NCBI GenBank assembly: GCA_031409615.1 | Contig: JANNXP010000141.1 | Location: 25 to 64,024 of the forward strand | Direction of reading: 5' to 3' | DNA: 64,000 nt | Source: Haliea sp. | GTDB taxonomy: Bacteria > Pseudomonadota > Gammaproteobacteria > Pseudomonadales > Halieaceae | Part shown: positions 25,856 through 36,416 of the stretch, piece after piece | Numbering within the stretch: the first letter of the stretch is position 1 | How the letters are laid out: each line of letters starts with the position of its first letter | Made by a program: the position numbers and the translations under genes | The notes under the pieces: generated by a model | Told to the model about the DNA's origin: nothing | Database searches by the model: none | The model's input: the letters and a program-made list of their open reading frames with translations, nothing else

Positions 25856-27112
25856 ATGCCTGCAATCGATGTATTGGCAGATGCCGCCGAAAGAGCCAAC
25901 CAGGACCCCTACTCGCTGCCACTGGACAAGATCAATGTGGCCAATCCCTTTCTCTTCGCGCGCGACATTCACGGCCCCTGGTTCAAGCGCTTGCGCGACG
26001 AGGCGCCGGTGCATTATTGCGCCGACAGTTTTTTCGGTCCGTACTGGTCGATTACGCGGCATAAAGACATTGTTACCGTGGATACCTCCCACGACATTTT
26101 CTCCTCCGAACCGGCCATCACCATCGGTGACACCGTAGACAGTTTCCATCTTCCCATGTTTATCGCCATGGACCGGCCAAAACACGACGCGCAGCGCAAG
26201 GTAGTGAGCCCCGTCACCGGGGCCGAAAATCTGCGCAATTTCGAGCCGATTATTCGCCAGCGCACGATTGAAGTGCTTGATCAGCTACCGGTGGGCGAAA
26301 CCTTTGACTGGGTAGAACAGGTGTCCGTTGAGCTAACCACACGGATGCTGGCCACACTGTTTGATTTTCCCTTTGACGAACGCCGCAAACTGACGCGCTG
26401 GTCGGACGTCGCAACGGCGATTCCGGGCATGCAGATCATTGACACGGAGGAGCAGCGCCAGCAGGAACTGCTGGGATGCCTGGAGTATTTTACGGGGTTG
26501 TGGAATGAGCGGGTTAAAAAGCCGCCGGGCAATGACCTGGTGTCCATGCTGGCCCACGGCGAGGCGACCCGCAACATGCCACCGCTTGAGTACCTGGGCA
26601 ATCTGGTACTGCTTATCGTGGGCGGCAATGACACCACCCGCAGCACGATGACGGCCAGCGCGCTCGCCCTGCACCAGAATCCGGATCAGTTCCAAAAACT
26701 GGTGGCGAATCCGCAGCTGATCGACAGCATGGTCGCGGAAACGATTCGCTGGCAGACCCCGCTGGCGCATATGCGTCGCATGTGCAAGGTAGACACTGAA
26801 CTGGGCGGACAACAGATCAAAGCCGGCGACAAAGTCGTGATGTGGTACGTCTCTGGCAACCGTGATGAACGCTTTATGCAAACTCCGGACGCGTTCATCA
26901 TCGACCGTCCCGATGTACGCCAGCACCTCTCCTTTGGTTTTGGCATCCACCGCTGCATGGGCAACCGGCTGGCGGAGATGCAGCTGCGTATCCTGTGGGA
27001 AGAACTACTGCAGCGCTTCGAGCGTATCGAAGTCATGGGCGCACCCGAGCGCACCGTATCGAGCTTCGTACACGGCTTTACCGCGCTGCCAGTGCGCCTG
27101 CATGCGCTATAA
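25856..27112 (+). CDS. Cytochrome P450 CYP153 family (alkane/fatty-acid omega-hydroxylase)
   Basis: PMFIAMDRPKHD, GGNDTT, FGFGIHRCMG. Confidence 0.9.
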   Translation: MPAIDVLADAAERANQDPYSLPLDKINVANPFLFARDIHGPWFKRLRDEAPVHYCADSFFGPYWSITRHKDIVTVDTSHDIFSSEPAITIGDTVDSFHLPMFIAMDRPKHDAQRKVVSPVTGAENLRNFEPIIRQRTIEVLDQLPVGETFDWVEQVSVELTTRMLATLFDFPFDERRKLTRWSDVATAIPGMQIIDTEEQRQQELLGCLEYFTGLWNERVKKPPGNDLVSMLAHGEATRNMPPLEYLGNLVLLIVGGNDTTRSTMTASALALHQNPDQFQKLVANPQLIDSMVAETIRWQTPLAHMRRMCKVDTELGGQQIKAGDKVVMWYVSGNRDERFMQTPDAFIIDRPDVRQHLSFGFGIHRCMGNRLAEMQLRILWEELLQRFERIEVMGAPERTVSSFVHGFTALPVRLHAL

Positions 27113-27982
27113 CTGGGGGATTTCCGCCAGGTCGATGGGCAGTTCACTGCGCCCTATACGCGCAGCGCGTTCGCGCAGTGTGACCTCGGCCTCCTCGACC
27201 CTTATCATGATCACAAAGCGTTTCTCTCGCACGCCGTCCAGACAGTAGCGAGCCAACTCATCCAGATCCTGGAAATCCAGCGTCCAGCCCGCCTTTTCGG
27301 CGGCCACCTTGAAGTCCTGCACGGTCGGTACCGGCGCATAGGGTTTCTCCCTGGCCAGATCCTTGGGACGATTGCGGTCGGTGGTCCAGATACCGGTGTC
27401 CAGCAGGCCACCGGAGGGATAAAACACCGACGCTGCCAGCTGCGTACCCTCACTTTGTAACTGTGCGGCGAGGCACTCGCTGATACAGGACACGGCTGCC
27501 TTGCTCGATGCGTAGACCGACTGGTACGGCAGCGGTGAGATGCCGCCATCACCGGAGGACGTATTAATCACATGCCCCTCTTCGCCAGAGGCGATCATAC
27601 GCGGCACGAACGCCTGAATACCGTGCACCACACCAAGGACGTTGACCCCGTGGACCCATTTCCAGTCGTTGTCAGTGGTTTCCCATACGTTGGCCGAGGG
27701 CGCCGCGACGCCCGCATTGTTGAACAACAGGTGACAGGCCCCGAATGTCTGAAACACGGTGTCGGCCAGCGCATTGACCGAGTCCGCCCGGGATACATCG
27801 GTGACGACCCCCAGCAATTCGCCAGCGCCGGCAAATTCCGCCAACACCCGGTCCAGAGCCTTTTGCTCGACATCGCCAACGACCACCCTGGCACCTGCTA
27901 CCAGGAGTTCCTTGACCAGAGATCGACCGATGCCGCTTGCTCCACCCGTCACTACTGCCACTTTTCCTGTGAAGTCTTTCAT
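27107..27982 (-). CDS. SDR oxidoreductase
   Basis: TGGASGIG, NNAG, YASSK. Confidence 0.9.
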   Translation of the reverse strand: MKDFTGKVAVVTGGASGIGRSLVKELLVAGARVVVGDVEQKALDRVLAEFAGAGELLGVVTDVSRADSVNALADTVFQTFGACHLLFNNAGVAAPSANVWETTDNDWKWVHGVNVLGVVHGIQAFVPRMIASGEEGHVINTSSGDGGISPLPYQSVYASSKAAVSCISECLAAQLQSEGTQLAASVFYPSGGLLDTGIWTTDRNRPKDLAREKPYAPVPTVQDFKVAAEKAGWTLDFQDLDELARYCLDGVREKRFVIMIRVEEAEVTLRERAARIGRSELPIDLAEIPQL

Positions 27983-28117
27983 TGTGCTCGTTGTCCTGCG
28001 AAGGAGAAGAGAGGTCTTATGCCATAGTTTCTGGCGTGACTCCAGCCCGCGCGGATGCTTTGGCAAACCGCTCGCTGCTTTATGTACCAGCGCAGATGAC
28101 GTAGGATAAATTTCACC

Positions 28118-29617
28118 ATGCGGCGACCGGTGTTGCCTGCAACGTACCTGACAGGGGGAAGTGTTTTGATTGTGCCGCTAACGGGCGCGGACCGCACCGA
28201 TCTGCTGCGCAGCCTGCGCCAGTGTCTGGGTGACAATGGCGTGATCGATGAGCCCGAATCGCAACGCCCTTTTGAGTGTGATGCGCTGACCCTCTATCGC
28301 GATCTGCCACTGGCGGTGGCGCTGCCCGCCACGGTGGAACAGGTGCAACAGACATTGCGCATTTGCCACCAATTTAATGTCCCGGTAGTCGCCAGGGGTG
28401 CCGGCACCGGCCTGTGCGCGGGGGCCATGCCACACCCGGACGGTGTGTTGCTGGTCCTGAGCAAGCTCGATCGCATTCTGGATATCGACCCGCTGGCACG
28501 CACCGCCCGCGTGCAGCCCGGGGTCACTAATTTGGCTATTTCTGAAGCCGTCGCCTGTCACGACCTGTATTATGGCCCCGATCCGTCATCCCAAGTTGCC
28601 TGCACTATCGGCGGCAACGTGGCGGAAAATTCCGGCGGCGTGCACTGCCTCAAATACGGGCTGACCGTGCACAATATTCTATCGCTGAACATACTCACCG
28701 TGGCGGGAGATGCCCTGACCATCGGCAGCCTGGGCCTGGACAGTCCAGGCTACGATCTGCTGGCGCTGTTGACAGGCTCAGAAGGCTTGTTGGGCATCGT
28801 CACAGAAATCACGGTGCGCCTGCTGCCTGCGCCTGAGCTGGCCCGGGTCATCATGGGCGGCTTTGACACCGTCAGCGCAGCCGGGGATGCGGTGGGCGCC
28901 GTCATCGCTGCCGGCATTATCCCCGCCGGTCTGGAAATGATGGACCGGCTGGCGATACAGGCGGCGGAAGACTTCGCCCATGCGGGCTACCCGCGAGATG
29001 CTGCAGCCATTCTGCTGTGCGAGGTGGATGGGAGCCGTGAGGAAGTGGCGCAACACGTGGCGGCAGTAGCACACCTGTTCACCAGCATGGGGGCGACCTC
29101 ACTGGTGACGTCACACGATGAAGCCCAACGTGCGCTGCTGTGGAAGGGGCGCAAGTCAGCCTTTCCCGCCGTGGGACGACTGGCACCGGATTACTACTGC
29201 ATGGACGGCACCATTCCACGCGGCCAGGTCTCCTACATGCTCAGTGAGATCTACCGCCTGTCGGCGCACTACGGCTTGCGCGTCGCCAATGTGTTTCACG
29301 CCGGAGACGGCAATTTACACCCCCTCATCCTGTTCGACGCCAGTGACCCGAAGGAAGTCCACAAAGCGGAAAAATTTGGCGCCGACATTCTGGATTTATC
29401 AGTGCGCGTCGGCGGCTGCATCACTGGCGAGCACGGTGTGGGGGTGGAGAAACTAAGCAAGATGGCCAGTCAATTCAGTACGCAGGAACTGCTGCAAATG
29501 GAGGACATCAAATACGCCTTCGACCCCGCACTCAACCTCAATCCAGGCAAAGGCATTCCCATCCTCAAACGCTGCCAGGAATACCGAGCCCTCCCCGCCC
29601 GTCACCAGCATGACTGA
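28118..29617 (+). CDS. glcD: Glycolate oxidase subunit GlcD
   Basis: FAD-linked oxidase motifs; HAGDGNLH, GEHGVG. Confidence 0.9.
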   Translation: MRRPVLPATYLTGGSVLIVPLTGADRTDLLRSLRQCLGDNGVIDEPESQRPFECDALTLYRDLPLAVALPATVEQVQQTLRICHQFNVPVVARGAGTGLCAGAMPHPDGVLLVLSKLDRILDIDPLARTARVQPGVTNLAISEAVACHDLYYGPDPSSQVACTIGGNVAENSGGVHCLKYGLTVHNILSLNILTVAGDALTIGSLGLDSPGYDLLALLTGSEGLLGIVTEITVRLLPAPELARVIMGGFDTVSAAGDAVGAVIAAGIIPAGLEMMDRLAIQAAEDFAHAGYPRDAAAILLCEVDGSREEVAQHVAAVAHLFTSMGATSLVTSHDEAQRALLWKGRKSAFPAVGRLAPDYYCMDGTIPRGQVSYMLSEIYRLSAHYGLRVANVFHAGDGNLHPLILFDASDPKEVHKAEKFGADILDLSVRVGGCITGEHGVGVEKLSKMASQFSTQELLQMEDIKYAFDPALNLNPGKGIPILKRCQEYRALPARHQHD

Positions 29618-30692
29618 GCCACGCGACATCGCCGCCGATCGCAGCGAAGCCATTATCGCGGCGCTGCGCCAGGCGCGTGAAAACCGTCGCCCCGTGACGA
29701 TCAGCGCCGGCAACAGCAAGCGTCATCTGGCAGGTCGCGAGTGCGAGTACGCGCCTCTGGACGTCGGCGGCCACCGCGGCATCGTCGACTATGAACCGCG
29801 AGAGCTGGTGATCACCGCACGGGCCGGGACACCATTGACTGACATCATTGCAACGCTGCAGGAGCAGCAGCAAGTGCTGTCCTTTGAACCGCCGCTGTTC
29901 GATGGCAAGGCCACCCTGGGCGGTACACTGGCGTGCAACCTCTCGGGACCCGCCAGGCCCTGGGGCGGCTCGATCCGCGACATGGTGCTGGGCGTACAGT
30001 TGATCAACGGCAGGTGTGAACGCCTTAACTTCGGCGGCAGGGTCATCAAGAATGTGGCCGGCTATGATGTTTCGCGTCTGCAGGCCGGAGCCCTGGGCAC
30101 GCTGGGCGTGTTATCCGAAGTGACCCTGAAAGTCCTGCCGCGGCCAGAAAAGACGCTGACCCTGCACTATGCAATGTCGGCTGCAGACGCCGTCCTGTGC
30201 ATGAACCGCCGCGCCGGTGAACCAAAACCACTGTCGGGCGCCTTCTGGCTCGACGGTCATTTACACCTGCGCCTGTCTGGTGCTGCCAGTGCGGTTGAGG
30301 GCACTGCCACGCAATGGGGCGGCGACATCGTTATGGAGGATGCTCAGATCTGGGAGAGCCTACGCGACATGACGCTACCGTTTTTTGCCGGTGATGCGCC
30401 GTTGTGGCGTTTTTCCGTTAAACCTTCCGCACCGGTTAAGACCGACTTCGGAGCCGCCCTCATCGATTGGTGTGGTGCCCAGCGCTGGGTGCGCGGCGCC
30501 CACTCCCTGGATATATTACAACGCGCCGCCGCCGAGGCCGGGGGCCATGTCATCGCATTTCGCGGTGGCGACCGCAGCGCGGAGGTGCGTGCGCCGCTGA
30601 GCGCCGTTGAACAAGGTTTGCAGCAACGGCTTAAACACGCCTTCGACCCGGACCGTATTCTCAATCCGGGCCGTCTGTACAGTTGGCTGTAG
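29610..30692 (+). CDS. glcE: Glycolate oxidase FAD subunit GlcE
   Basis: GGRVIKNVAGYDVSRL; FDPDRILNPGRLY. Confidence 0.9.
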   Translation: MTEPRDIAADRSEAIIAALRQARENRRPVTISAGNSKRHLAGRECEYAPLDVGGHRGIVDYEPRELVITARAGTPLTDIIATLQEQQQVLSFEPPLFDGKATLGGTLACNLSGPARPWGGSIRDMVLGVQLINGRCERLNFGGRVIKNVAGYDVSRLQAGALGTLGVLSEVTLKVLPRPEKTLTLHYAMSAADAVLCMNRRAGEPKPLSGAFWLDGHLHLRLSGAASAVEGTATQWGGDIVMEDAQIWESLRDMTLPFFAGDAPLWRFSVKPSAPVKTDFGAALIDWCGAQRWVRGAHSLDILQRAAAEAGGHVIAFRGGDRSAEVRAPLSAVEQGLQQRLKHAFDPDRILNPGRLYSWL

Positions 30693-30703
30693 GAGCCGTC
30701 GCC

Positions 30704-31915
30704 ATGCACGTAGAGTTACATCCGCGCTTTGAAGGCACCGCTGCAGGCCAGACCGCCAAGGCACTAACCAGCGCCTGTGTGCACTGCGGGCTTTGCCTGA
30801 CCACCTGCCCCACGTACGTCGATAGCCGCGACGAAAGAGATAGCCCGCGCGGCCGTATCTATCTGATCAAACACCTGCTGGAAAGCGGTGCCGCAAGCGC
30901 GCAGACCCAGTTGCACCTCGATCGCTGTCTCACCTGTCGCAATTGCGAAACTGCCTGCCCCTCCGGTATGCAGTATGGCGAGTTACTGGACATCGGCCGC
31001 GGGCTGATGGAGCAGCAGGTGCCCCGCCCGGTTGTTTCCAGAAGCCTACGCTGGCTGCTGCGATTCACGCTGTCCAAGCCGTCACTGCTGGCTGCGGCAC
31101 TGGCCCTGGGACACACCGTGCGGCCACTCCTGCCCGGTCGCTTACGCCGGAACATTCCGGTGCGCCAACATCCCCGGTCGGTGCCGAGTGGGCAACACGC
31201 GCGCAGCATGCTGCTACTGGAAGGCTGCGTGCAGCGCGCAGCCACACCCAATACCAATGCCGCCGCGCGACGCGTACTCAACCGGTTGGGTATCACGCTC
31301 ATCAGCGCACCACAGGCGGGCTGTTGCGGCGCAGTCAATTACCATTTGGCGGCACACGCCGACGGCCTGGCTGATATGCGCCGCAATATCGATGCCTGGT
31401 GGCCCTACATTGAGAACGGCGCTGAGGCTATCGTCAGCAGCGCCAGCGGCTGCGGCGCCATGCTGGTGGATTACGGACGCTTGCTTGCCACCGACCCGAC
31501 CTATGCGAAAAAGGCGCTACGTGTATCACAGCTGTGTCGTGACCTGGGGGAAATCCTGCTACAGGAAGATCTGAATCCGCTGACAATAAATACGCAGGTC
31601 GGCACAGTGGCGATTCACACGCCATGCACCCTACAACACGCACTGCAGCAACCGCAGCTGCTGCACACCCTGCTCCAGCGAGCGGGATTTGATATTGCGC
31701 CCACCGCGCAAAAACTCCTGTGCTGCGGCTCGGCTGGCACCTACTCCATCCTGCAATCGGACATCAGCGAACGGCTGCTCGCAACGACACTGAGCACACT
31801 CACCAGTGCTCAACCCGACCTGATTATCACCGCCAATATTGGCTGCCAGCTGCATTTGCAATCGGCGGCGTACATTCCTGTGGTGCACTGGATTGAGCTA
31901 TTTGATAAACCCTGA
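30704..31915 (+). CDS. glcF: Glycolate oxidase Fe-S subunit GlcF
   Basis: CVHCGLC..CP, CLTCRNCETACP, CCG domains. Confidence 0.92.
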   Translation: MHVELHPRFEGTAAGQTAKALTSACVHCGLCLTTCPTYVDSRDERDSPRGRIYLIKHLLESGAASAQTQLHLDRCLTCRNCETACPSGMQYGELLDIGRGLMEQQVPRPVVSRSLRWLLRFTLSKPSLLAAALALGHTVRPLLPGRLRRNIPVRQHPRSVPSGQHARSMLLLEGCVQRAATPNTNAAARRVLNRLGITLISAPQAGCCGAVNYHLAAHADGLADMRRNIDAWWPYIENGAEAIVSSASGCGAMLVDYGRLLATDPTYAKKALRVSQLCRDLGEILLQEDLNPLTINTQVGTVAIHTPCTLQHALQQPQLLHTLLQRAGFDIAPTAQKLLCCGSAGTYSILQSDISERLLATTLSTLTSAQPDLIITANIGCQLHLQSAAYIPVVHWIELFDKP

Positions 31916-31945
31916 CGGGGCCCGCCTACTGCCGCTATCAACACC

Positions 31946-32290
31946 CTACATCTGGACCTTCTTCACGAACTCTGATTTCAGTTTCATCGCCCCAATGCCG
32001 TCGACTTTGCAATCGATATTGTGATCACCGTCTACGAGACGGATATTTTTCACGCGCGTACCCACCTTAAGCACCGCAGAGGAGCCCTTTACCTTTAAAT
32101 CCTTGATCACGGTAACCGTATCGCCATCAGACAGTGTGTTGCCATTGGCATCGTGCACCTCGTGGACTTCATCTGCTGCAGTCACCGTATCCCCGGACCA
32201 CTCGTGCGCGCACGTGGGGCACACGTAGAGGCTCCTGTCCTCATAGGTATAAGGGGAATCACACTGTGGGCATTGGGGTAGATTACTCAT
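31946..32290 (-). CDS. phnA: PhnA/YjdM zinc-ribbon protein
   Basis: CPQC...[27 protein letters not shown]. Confidence 0.9.
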   Translation of the reverse strand: MSNLPQCPQCDSPYTYEDRSLYVCPTCAHEWSGDTVTAADEVHEVHDANGNTLSDGDTVTVIKDLKVKGSSAVLKVGTRVKNIRLVDGDHNIDCKVDGIGAMKLKSEFVKKVQM

Positions 32291-32582
32291 GGCTTTCTCC
32301 TGGAGAGCATGGGTTGTGGCGGGAATGATACGGGCACCCGTAGGTCGATACGTCACCACCAAGTTATATCAATAGTCGTGTTCAGAACAAAACAATCGTC
32401 GACTTGCGACCCCGACTTTGGTTTTATTGAAGCGTGCCCTCTGGGCACCCTTCGCTGTATTGCTTCGCCTTACGACAAGCCTATACACGCATCACATCGT
32501 TAGTTACCCATGCCGCCAGCAGGCGCGAGCGCAACGTGTACGCGGCCTGTCGGGGGCTCAATCTGCCTCGGAGGCATACTCT

Positions 32583-32786
32583 ATGAGAAGACAGAAGCGC
32601 GATATGAATTCCAGAGCATTTAATCGAGGCTACCAGGTCGGCCTCGCTGGGCGCAGCCTCGACTTATGCCCACATGAAGAAGATGAGCATCGGCAAAACT
32701 GGATGACGGGATGGCGCGAAGGCCGCAGCGATCAGTGGGACGGCCTGACCGGCGTATCCGGGGTGCATAAGTTACGCGCGATCTGA
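32583..32786 (+). CDS. rmf: Ribosome modulation factor
   Basis: MRRQKRD...RGYQVGLAGRS...W..GWREG. Confidence 0.9.
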   Translation: MRRQKRDMNSRAFNRGYQVGLAGRSLDLCPHEEDEHRQNWMTGWREGRSDQWDGLTGVSGVHKLRAI

Positions 32787-32822
32787 ATTTTTCAACGCTG
32801 TTGCAGGTTATTGCAGGCGGCC

Positions 32823-35072
32823 TCATTTTATCCCGGCCGCCTGTTTGTAGGCGGCCAGCTCCAGCATTATCTCGGCCGTCGGCGTGAGCTCAAAGGCGCG
32901 TTGTGCCAAGACCAGAGCCTCGACGTGATTGCCCTTTGCCTTCGCTGACAGTGCTCTTAGACGCAGCACAGCGGGCGCCTCCGGAGCCACAGTGACCAGT
33001 GTCGCCAGGTACTGCTCAAACGGCTCAGAGGCGCCGTCACTGTGCGCGCTTCTCGCCAGATCAATCAGGGCGGGCATGTGCCGCGGGTCGTGCTTGATAA
33101 CCTCCATCAGCTCCTGTTCAGCTTTTTGTTTGTCACCCGTCTCACGGGCGACCGTCGCCAGTAGGTAGTGAAATTGAGGTGATTCAGGTTTGGCGTCTAC
33201 CAGCTGCTGCAGCACTATCCGGGCGCTTGCGTACTGTTGCTGCGCGACGTAGGCCACGGCGGTCATTTCCAGCACGCGAGGAGATTGTCGTTGCAATGCA
33301 GAGAGTTTAGCCAACAAGGGTACAACTTTTTCGGGACGCCCCGCACCGACGTAATGACCTGCCAGGCGCAGGCGTGGCTCCAGTGCCTTGGGGTGAGCTG
33401 CCACAGCAAGCTTCAGCGCAGCGACCGTTGCCGCGCTATTGTTCTGGCTAGCTTCAAGGGTGGCCAGATCCAGTAGCGTGGTCAGGTCATCCGCATAGTA
33501 TTGCAGTATCGTCCGGTAGTAACGCCGTGCCGTGTCTGGATCCTGCGCCGCCAACGCCAGCAGGGCCAGGCCCTGGTTGGCGGCAGGGTTTCCAGGGTCG
33601 CGCCGCAGCGCCTTGTCATAGACGTCGCGTGCTTCTGCAGTCTTACCGGCGGCAACGTAGACTCGGCCCAGTACAGCATAAGGTCCGAGACTTTTAAGGT
33701 CCCTGTACTGGTAGGATTTCGCGGCCTCGATGGCGCCCTGGAAATCCTTCTCACCAAGCAATTTCACTATCGCCAGAATATCGGACTGCGGAAAGTTTGC
33801 CGTCTTACCCGCTGCGTCGGCGGGGACCGAAGGCGCCTCGTCGCTGGCGTCTGGCACCACCAACCCCGCCTCCCGCCGCAATGGGACAAAATCCCAGTCC
33901 GGTTGCAGCTGCGTTATCCGGTCATAGAGTTCAAACCCCGCATCCGGGTGGTGATCCAACAGCAGGGCATTCGCCATGATGTTCAGCGCCGCCACATCGT
34001 CGGGATCGCTATCCAGCGCGGGTTGCAGCATATCCCGGGCATCCTGCAGCTTGTCCCGCAGTATCAGAATGGCGGCCAGGAGCTTTCTACCGTTGCTATC
34101 GTTGGGAGCGTTCTTTACAAAAAGATCCGCATACTTTGTGGCGTGCTTCAGATCCTTGTCGATCAGGTAGCCCATACTCAGGTAGTACAGGACCAAAGGA
34201 AATTCTCGGGCCGCCGGTTCGGCCAAGGTCAGAGCCGTGATCGCCTTACGATACTGTTTGTTCTTAAAGTCCAGTAAGCCCTGTACATAGTTGGCCGCGG
34301 GGTCTTTAGGGGAGTGCTCCAGCAGGAGCGCCGCATCGATCTGGGCGGCTGCATAGTCCTGCAACTGCAGGTTGATAAGCGCCCGCGCAAGGCGTTCGGG
34401 AACGTTTATCGGCGAGTGCGCTATCGCTTGATCAAATGCGACGCGAGCCTCCTCCGGCTTACCCTGCTGGGCGAGTACGTGCCCCTTGAGCCCCCACGCT
34501 TCGCCACTATCGGGTGACGTTGCCAATAATGCGTCTAGCAGGGCGGTGGCACGGTCGAGGTCACCCTCGTGGACGACAAGGGTGGCCTCTGCCAATTTCG
34601 CCTGCAGCAACTGCGGCGCTTTGCTCACTGCCAGTGCCAGCAGCGCGTGGGCTTTTTCCGCTTGATGGTCTGATACCGCCGCCAGCGCCTGACTCGACAG
34701 CAAATGTGCGGCGGCGGCGGCGTTGAGATCCTGATAGTCCAGCGCCAGGACAGCCTGAAACTTGCCCTGAGCCAAAAGGGCCTGCGCCAGCGCTGGGCTG
34801 ATGTCGTTATGGGTCCAGCCCAGGACCTGAGCTTGCTGCAGCTCAAACTGCGCCTCCTGGACGTTCCCCGTCTCGAGGTACGCGCTGCCCAGGAGCCAGC
34901 GAACCTCGGCTGCGTTGCTGTCCAGCTGTAACGCGCGCTCCAACTCGACGGTAGCCGCCAGATAATCGGACTGGGCTATAAAGTCTTTCGCGCGGGCGAG
35001 GTGTTGTTCTTTGGATGCGCCACCACAGGCCGCCAGACCAAGCAGCAGCAAGGTAAAAAAAAGTTTCCGCAT
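32823..35072 (-). CDS. TPR lipoprotein, PrsT-like (PEP-CTERM/XrtA system)
   Basis: Lipobox LAAC, many TPR repeats. Confidence 0.7.
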   Translation of the reverse strand: MRKLFFTLLLLGLAACGGASKEQHLARAKDFIAQSDYLAATVELERALQLDSNAAEVRWLLGSAYLETGNVQEAQFELQQAQVLGWTHNDISPALAQALLAQGKFQAVLALDYQDLNAAAAAHLLSSQALAAVSDHQAEKAHALLALAVSKAPQLLQAKLAEATLVVHEGDLDRATALLDALLATSPDSGEAWGLKGHVLAQQGKPEEARVAFDQAIAHSPINVPERLARALINLQLQDYAAAQIDAALLLEHSPKDPAANYVQGLLDFKNKQYRKAITALTLAEPAAREFPLVLYYLSMGYLIDKDLKHATKYADLFVKNAPNDSNGRKLLAAILILRDKLQDARDMLQPALDSDPDDVAALNIMANALLLDHHPDAGFELYDRITQLQPDWDFVPLRREAGLVVPDASDEAPSVPADAAGKTANFPQSDILAIVKLLGEKDFQGAIEAAKSYQYRDLKSLGPYAVLGRVYVAAGKTAEARDVYDKALRRDPGNPAANQGLALLALAAQDPDTARRYYRTILQYYADDLTTLLDLATLEASQNNSAATVAALKLAVAAHPKALEPRLRLAGHYVGAGRPEKVVPLLAKLSALQRQSPRVLEMTAVAYVAQQQYASARIVLQQLVDAKPESPQFHYLLATVARETGDKQKAEQELMEVIKHDPRHMPALIDLARSAHSDGASEPFEQYLATLVTVAPEAPAVLRLRALSAKAKGNHVEALVLAQRAFELTPTAEIMLELAAYKQAAGIK

Positions 35073-35451
35073 AGGTGCTCCAGCAGCAGAGGTCAGAGCC
35101 ACTCGCTGCCATGTCATTGTTCTAATTATTCAATACACCAGGTAGCACAGTGCACATCGTAAGACGCCAGGCAGTCGTGGCATTGCCGCTTTGCTGGCTT
35201 CCCTGTTGTCGCATTATCTACACTTTTTGTCAGTCAGGCAAAAGCAGGCCGTGCGCCTTTGCGGTATGTTGCAGCACGGAACTTTTCAGCGGCCTGCAAG
35301 TCACAGCTGTCGCTCGCCGGGGCGACTTACCAATACACACTGGACGGGCAGGCATCTTTGGCTACAATGCGGTGCTCTCGCGAGGCAGCGTCGAACCAGC
35401 GCAACCTCGCTGCCCTAACGGTTACTGATAAATAACACCACAGGAGAACGC

Positions 35452-36408
35452 GTGGCTAACACACACATCCAAGCACTTGAGCACTGGCTTAGCGGGCAAA
35501 TCATCGGCCAGAGCCATCTGGTACAGCGCCTCATTATCGCGCTGCTTGCCGACGGACACCTGCTGGTTGAGGGCGCTCCCGGGCTCGCCAAGACGCGGGC
35601 CATTAAATCCCTGGCCGAGGGTCTGGAAGGCAGTTTTCACCGTGTCCAGTTTACCCCTGACTTATTGCCCGGCGACATCACGGGTACGGAGATCTACCGA
35701 CCACAGGACGCCAGCTTTCACTTCCAGAAAGGTCCGATTTTTCACAACCTCGTGCTAGCGGACGAGGTCAACCGTGCACCGGCCAAGGTGCAGTCGGCCC
35801 TGCTTGAAGCCATGGCGGAACGCCAGGTCAGTGTGGGCAGCCAGACTTACCCGCTGCCCGACCTGTTCCTGGTGATGGCCACGCAGAACCCGATAGAGCA
35901 GGAGGGCACCTATCCCCTGCCCGAGGCACAGCTGGACCGTTTCCTGATGCATGTCAGCGTCGATTATCCCGATACCGCTGCCGAGACCGAAATCCTGCGC
36001 CTCACTCGCACGGAAGCGAGCCGTGGTAGCGACAAACCGTCGGCGCCCCTGCCGCAGGAGAGCGTCTTCGCCGCACGGCAGGAGATCCTGGCGCTGCATA
36101 TGGCCGAGGCGGTGGAACAGTACATGGTGCAGCTGGTCATCGCGACGCGCTCACCCGCCCGCTACAGCGAAAAACTGGCGGGCTGGATTGAATACGGCGG
36201 CAGCCCCCGCGCTACCATCGCCATTGATCGCTGCGCCAGGGCGCACGCATGGCTCAAGGGGCGGGACTTTGTCAGCCCGGATGATATCCAGGCCGTGACT
36301 GCCGATGTACTGCGCCATCGGCTCATACTCAGTTTTGAGGCCGAGGCCAATGGTGTTACGCCAGACACGGTGATTGAGGAACTGCTGTCAATTGTTCCCG
36401 TGGGCTGA
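35452..36408 (+). CDS. moxR: MoxR AAA+ ATPase
   Basis: GAPGLAKT, LADEVNRA, ATQNP.EQEGTYPLPEAQLDRF. Confidence 0.95.
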   Translation: MANTHIQALEHWLSGQIIGQSHLVQRLIIALLADGHLLVEGAPGLAKTRAIKSLAEGLEGSFHRVQFTPDLLPGDITGTEIYRPQDASFHFQKGPIFHNLVLADEVNRAPAKVQSALLEAMAERQVSVGSQTYPLPDLFLVMATQNPIEQEGTYPLPEAQLDRFLMHVSVDYPDTAAETEILRLTRTEASRGSDKPSAPLPQESVFAARQEILALHMAEAVEQYMVQLVIATRSPARYSEKLAGWIEYGGSPRATIAIDRCARAHAWLKGRDFVSPDDIQAVTADVLRHRLILSFEAEANGVTPDTVIEELLSIVPVG

Positions 36409-36416
36409 GAACCTGT

